A stretch of 64,000 nt of DNA from an uncultured delta proteobacterium. GTDB lineage: Bacteria > Myxococcota_A > UBA9160 > UBA4427. Within the stretch, counting starts at the first letter, position 1. Each line of letters starts with the position of its first letter. The stretch is from positions 448,001-512,000 of the forward strand of contig CAWGJT010000010.1 in the NCBI GenBank assembly GCA_963822965.1, in the 5' to 3' direction. This document shows positions 60,194 through 64,000 of this stretch, in pieces. The notes below the pieces were generated by a model. That model saw nothing but the letters and a program-made list of their open reading frames with translations. It was not told the DNA's origin and ran no database searches. The position numbers and the translations under genes were made by a program.

Positions 60194-60949
60194 GTGCCCC
60201 CTCCCGCACCACACTCCCCGGCCGTGGAAGATCGCGCGCGACAGCACCGGCGGCCGGGCCGCGGATCCGCCTCGTCGCGAAGCGGCCGGCGCCAGCTCGG
60301 TTGGCTGGCGGGTGTGACTGCGTGGGTCGCCTGTGCGGGAGCGCCGCCGCCGGCGCCGGGCACGATCCCCTCGGCGCTGGCCGCCACGGACGCCCTGATC
60401 GCGGCGCACCACGTGGACACCCAGAGCCCGGGGTGGCGGGAACGGGTGCCGCGCCCGCCTCCGGTGCGATTTCCCCCGGAGCACACCTACTACTGGATGC
60501 TCTTCACCAGCGAGGGAACGCTGAAGATCGAGCTGCTGCCCCGGGTGGCGCCCCGGCACGTCGCCACCATGCTCTACCTCACCCGCCTGGGCTTCTACGA
60601 CGGCCTGACGTTCCACCGCATCATCCCGAAGTTCATGGCGCAGGGCGGCGACCCGACGGGAACGGGCACCGGAGGCCCGGGCTTTCGCTACGCCGGCGAG
60701 TTTCCCAAGAACGGGCCGCACCATGACGAGCGGGGCGTCGTGAGCATGGCGAACGCCGGTCCCCGTACGGACGGCAGCCAGTTCTTCATCCTGTTCAAGG
60801 AGTCGCCGAACCTCGACGGGCTCCACACGATCTTCGGTCGGGTCGTCGAGGGCTTCGGCACCCTGCGCGCGTTGGAGGTGCTCGGGACGCCGGAAGGAAA
60901 GCCCCGGAAGACCGTGGTGATCGAGCGCGCGGAGATCCGCGAGGAGTGA
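60194..60949 (+). CDS. Cyclophilin-type peptidyl-prolyl isomerase (start uncertain)
   Basis: FYDGLTFHRII..FMAQGGDP, SMANAGP..DGSQFFI, HTIFGRVVEG. Confidence 0.92.
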   Translation: MPPPAPHSPAVEDRARQHRRPGRGSASSRSGRRQLGWLAGVTAWVACAGAPPPAPGTIPSALAATDALIAAHHVDTQSPGWRERVPRPPPVRFPPEHTYYWMLFTSEGTLKIELLPRVAPRHVATMLYLTRLGFYDGLTFHRIIPKFMAQGGDPTGTGTGGPGFRYAGEFPKNGPHHDERGVVSMANAGPRTDGSQFFILFKESPNLDGLHTIFGRVVEGFGTLRALEVLGTPEGKPRKTVVIERAEIREE

Positions 60950-61120
60950 AGCGGCCCCGGGGGCGCTGCGCGCGTGCGGCGACCCGCCCGGAACGCTTCT
61001 GCCGACGCGTTGCCGCTCCGTTGCCGATCCCGCGTCCCGCGCTGCGACCCGCTCCGCATTCCGGGACGGGAGCCGACAGCTCCGCCGGCCGTTCGCCGAT
61101 GAGAAGCGTGCAGCATCCGG

Positions 61121-64000
61121 ATGACTCGATGCCGGATGCCGTCGTCTCGAACGGAGAGCGGCTTGGCGCACCACCCCCTCGATCCAAAGCGCGATACGAG
61201 CTCCTTCGGCGCGGATCTCCCCGGTCTGCTGCGGCGGTTGGGCGTGGTCGTCTTCCGTCGCGCCTCCGATTCGACGCTTCGCTTCCTCGACGTGGAGGGA
61301 CGAGCGGCGGAGCGGATGGGCATCTCGAACGCGATGCTCACCGGCGATGCGTACTCGTTCTGGACGCGCGTCGACCCCGAGGATCGGCGCCGGGTGCTCT
61401 CGGTGCTCGAGGAGGCGGTCCACAAGGGCGCGGAGTACCGGGTCGCCTACCGGCTCCGCGGCACGCACGGACACGTGCACGCCGTGCGGGAGGAAGGGGC
61501 GGCGATCTTCGGCGCCGACGGCGCCGTGGAGTCGCTCACCGGCGTGATCTTCGAGGCGGCGGACGAGCTGACCGACGCCCGCAGCGAGGAGGTGGAGGAC
61601 GCCGTGCTGGCGAGCCGGGAGCGCTTCCTGGCGTTCACCCGCCACTCGACCGAGATGATCGCCGAGGTCTCCCCGGACCGCCTGATCGCCTACGCCAGTC
61701 CGCTGCTGTGCGAGGAGATCGGGCGTAGCGCCGCGGATCTCGAAGGACGCGATCCCGTGTCCCTCATCCATCCGCAGGATCGGGAGCACGTGCTCGCCAC
61801 GTGCGTCGAGTCGATCCGAACGGGGGAGGACGCCCAGGTGCTCTGCCGGCTCGAGCGCGCGGACGGCGGCTGGCTGTGGGCGGAGCTCGGCGGCGGTGTC
61901 TACCGCGGCGCGAACGGAGAGCTGCGCGGCGTGGTGACCGGGCGCAACGTCGAGAATCGCGTGCGCGTCGAGGAGACCCTCGTCTCCCAGCGGCTCGCCG
62001 AGGGGCGCATCGGCCGGCTCTCGCGCCGCTTCATCGAGCTCGGCCCCGAAGGCCTCGACGCGGCCATCCAGGAGGGGGTGGAGGCCGCGAGTACGATCGC
62101 CGGAACGCCGACCGCTGCTACCTGCTGGCCGTGCGTCCCGCCCGGTCGGGAGAGTCGCCGCTGCTACGGGTGGCAGCGCGAGGGGCTGCCCCCGTGGATG
62201 CCGCACATCGAGGGCCAGGAGGAACGGCACGGCTGGATGCGGAAGCGGATCGACGAGGGGGAGATGATCCGCATTCCGCGCGTCCGCGAGCTGTCCGACG
62301 AGTTCGCCGAGACGCGCGAGGACCTGCTTCGGCGGGGCATCCAGGCCTACCTGGTGATTCCGGTGCGCTCCGGCGGTCGGGTGACTGCGCTGCTCTGCTG
62401 CCAGCGGACTCTCCTCCGAGCGCGACTGGAGCGAGCAGGACCTGGCGCTGCTGCGACTCGTCGCCGAGCTCTTCGCGAGCGCGCTGTATCGGCGCGAGGT
62501 GGAGGGTGCCCTGCGCGACGGGGAGGAGCGCATGCGCGCGCTCACGGACGGCGCCCAGGACGCCATCTGCGAGAACGAGCTGGTGCGCGGCGACATCCTC
62601 TACGCCAATCCGTACTTCTTCGAGATGCACGGCTATAGCCCGGAAGAGGCTCGGGGCATGAGCTCCTTCGACTTCATGCACCCGGAGGACCTCGACGATG
62701 ACCCGGCGCGTACACCGGGCGTTCGAGCGGGGCGCGATCTGGGCGAGTCCAACTCCGGCACGCTGCTGTATCGGGGGCGCCACCGGAACGGATCGTGGCG
62801 CTGGCTCGAGGCGAACGGTCGCCTCTTCTGCACCGCCTCCGGCGAGGGCCGCAGCGCTGCGGTGATCCGGGACGTGACAGATCGGCAGGCGGCGCAGAAG
62901 GCGATGGAGCGCCGGCTGGAGAACCAGAAGCGCATCGCGAACCTGGCGCGCGACCTGCTGGCCCTCGGGGTCGACGGCATCGATGCCGGGCGTCACCGAC
63001 GGCCTCGTCTCGCTGCTGCCGATCTGCCAGGCGGATCGCTCGTGGCTGGTGGCCTTCGACCGGCGCGCGGCCTGCAGCAGAGCTGGGAGTGGTCGGCGGA
63101 CGGCGTTCCGGCTGCCGGCATCTCGATGGACGGGGTCGACCTCGACGAGTTCCCCCACACCCGGGAGATGTTCCGGGACAGGGCGCGAGCTGCACGTTCC
63201 CTCGTTCGACGGCCCTCGATCCGACGCTGCCGGAGGCGAGCGTTCCTGCGCTTGCGCCGCACGTCGTCGCTGCTCGCGATCCCCCTGCTCTCGGGAAGCG
63301 ACGTGGTGGGTGCGGTCGGCTTCGAGACGGTCGGGCGTGAGCGGAGCTGGTCGGACGAGACCATCGCGCTGCTGCGCCTCGGCGGCGAGGTCTTCGTGAG
63401 CGCCATCTCCCGCAAGCGCGCGGAGGAGGCGCTGCGGGAGAGCCGCGTCCAGCTGCTGCAGGCGCAGAAGATGGAGGCCGTCGGAACGCTGGCCGGCGGG
63501 GTCGCTCACGACTTCAACAACCAGCTCAGCGTGATCCTCGGCAACGCGCGCTTCGTGCGGGCGGAGGTGGAGGGGGACGAGGAGCTGCAGGAGGCGATGG
63601 CCGATCTCGAGCGGGCCGGGGAGCACTGCGCCCAGCTCACGCGCTCGCTCCTCTCGTTCTCGCGACACATGCCCGCAGAGCCCCAGGCCACCTCCGTGTC
63701 CCGCGTTCTGCTCGACGTGCAGGAGCTCACGGGGCCGCTGCTCTCGAGCGGAATCCGCTTCGAGGTGCAGACCCACGACGAGCTCGACTGCGTGTACGCG
63801 GACCGCACCCAGCTCCAGCAGGTGCTGGTGAACCTGGTCGTCAACGCGCGCGACGCCATGCCGGACGGCGGCGAGTCTCTCGATCCGCACGCGGCTGCGT
63901 CCGGTCGACGCCGAGGAGGCCGCGCGTCTCGGCCTGCCCGAGCCCGGCGACTACGTGCAGTTCACCGTGGCGGACACGGGCTTCGGGATGGACGACGAGA
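61121..64000 (+). CDS. Multi-PAS/GAF sensor histidine kinase (frameshifted, runs off the window)
   Basis: PAS motifs (HPQDRE, HPEDL), GAF-like segments, AQKMEAVGTLAGGVAHDFNNQL, QVLVNLVVNARDAM, DTGFGMD. Confidence 0.88.

Overview
High-GC bacterial chromosomal window; gene content (ExeA-type ATPase, several PEP-CTERM proteins, sigma54 promoters) suggests Myxococcota/deltaproteobacteria, which is an inference. Many otherwise intact genes carry 1-nt indels, most likely long-read consensus errors. Main contents: tRNA-Gly(CCC) with a ~3 kb integrase-less islet closed by a degenerate copy of the tRNA 3' end; glgP and a stand-alone LigD ligase domain; a module of foldase-like membrane protein / ~245-nt structured intergenic element / Notum-pectinacetylesterase-like hydrolase / ankyrin protein / Lnt paralog / TetR / lipoprotein; a large PEP-CTERM repeat protein; a LolA-like + MMPL + TatT-like TPR operon; a low-oxygen cluster (ccoNOQPGHIS, USPs, CBS pair, cytochrome c'-like, DksA-like); lipid-modifying genes; a caspase-family lipoprotein; a truncated sulfatase ending at a CTAG palindrome; a dispersed REP-like hairpin family; and the start of a PAS/GAF sensor kinase. 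No CRISPR array, integrase or transposase was seen. All calls come from reading motifs by eye; no searches were run.
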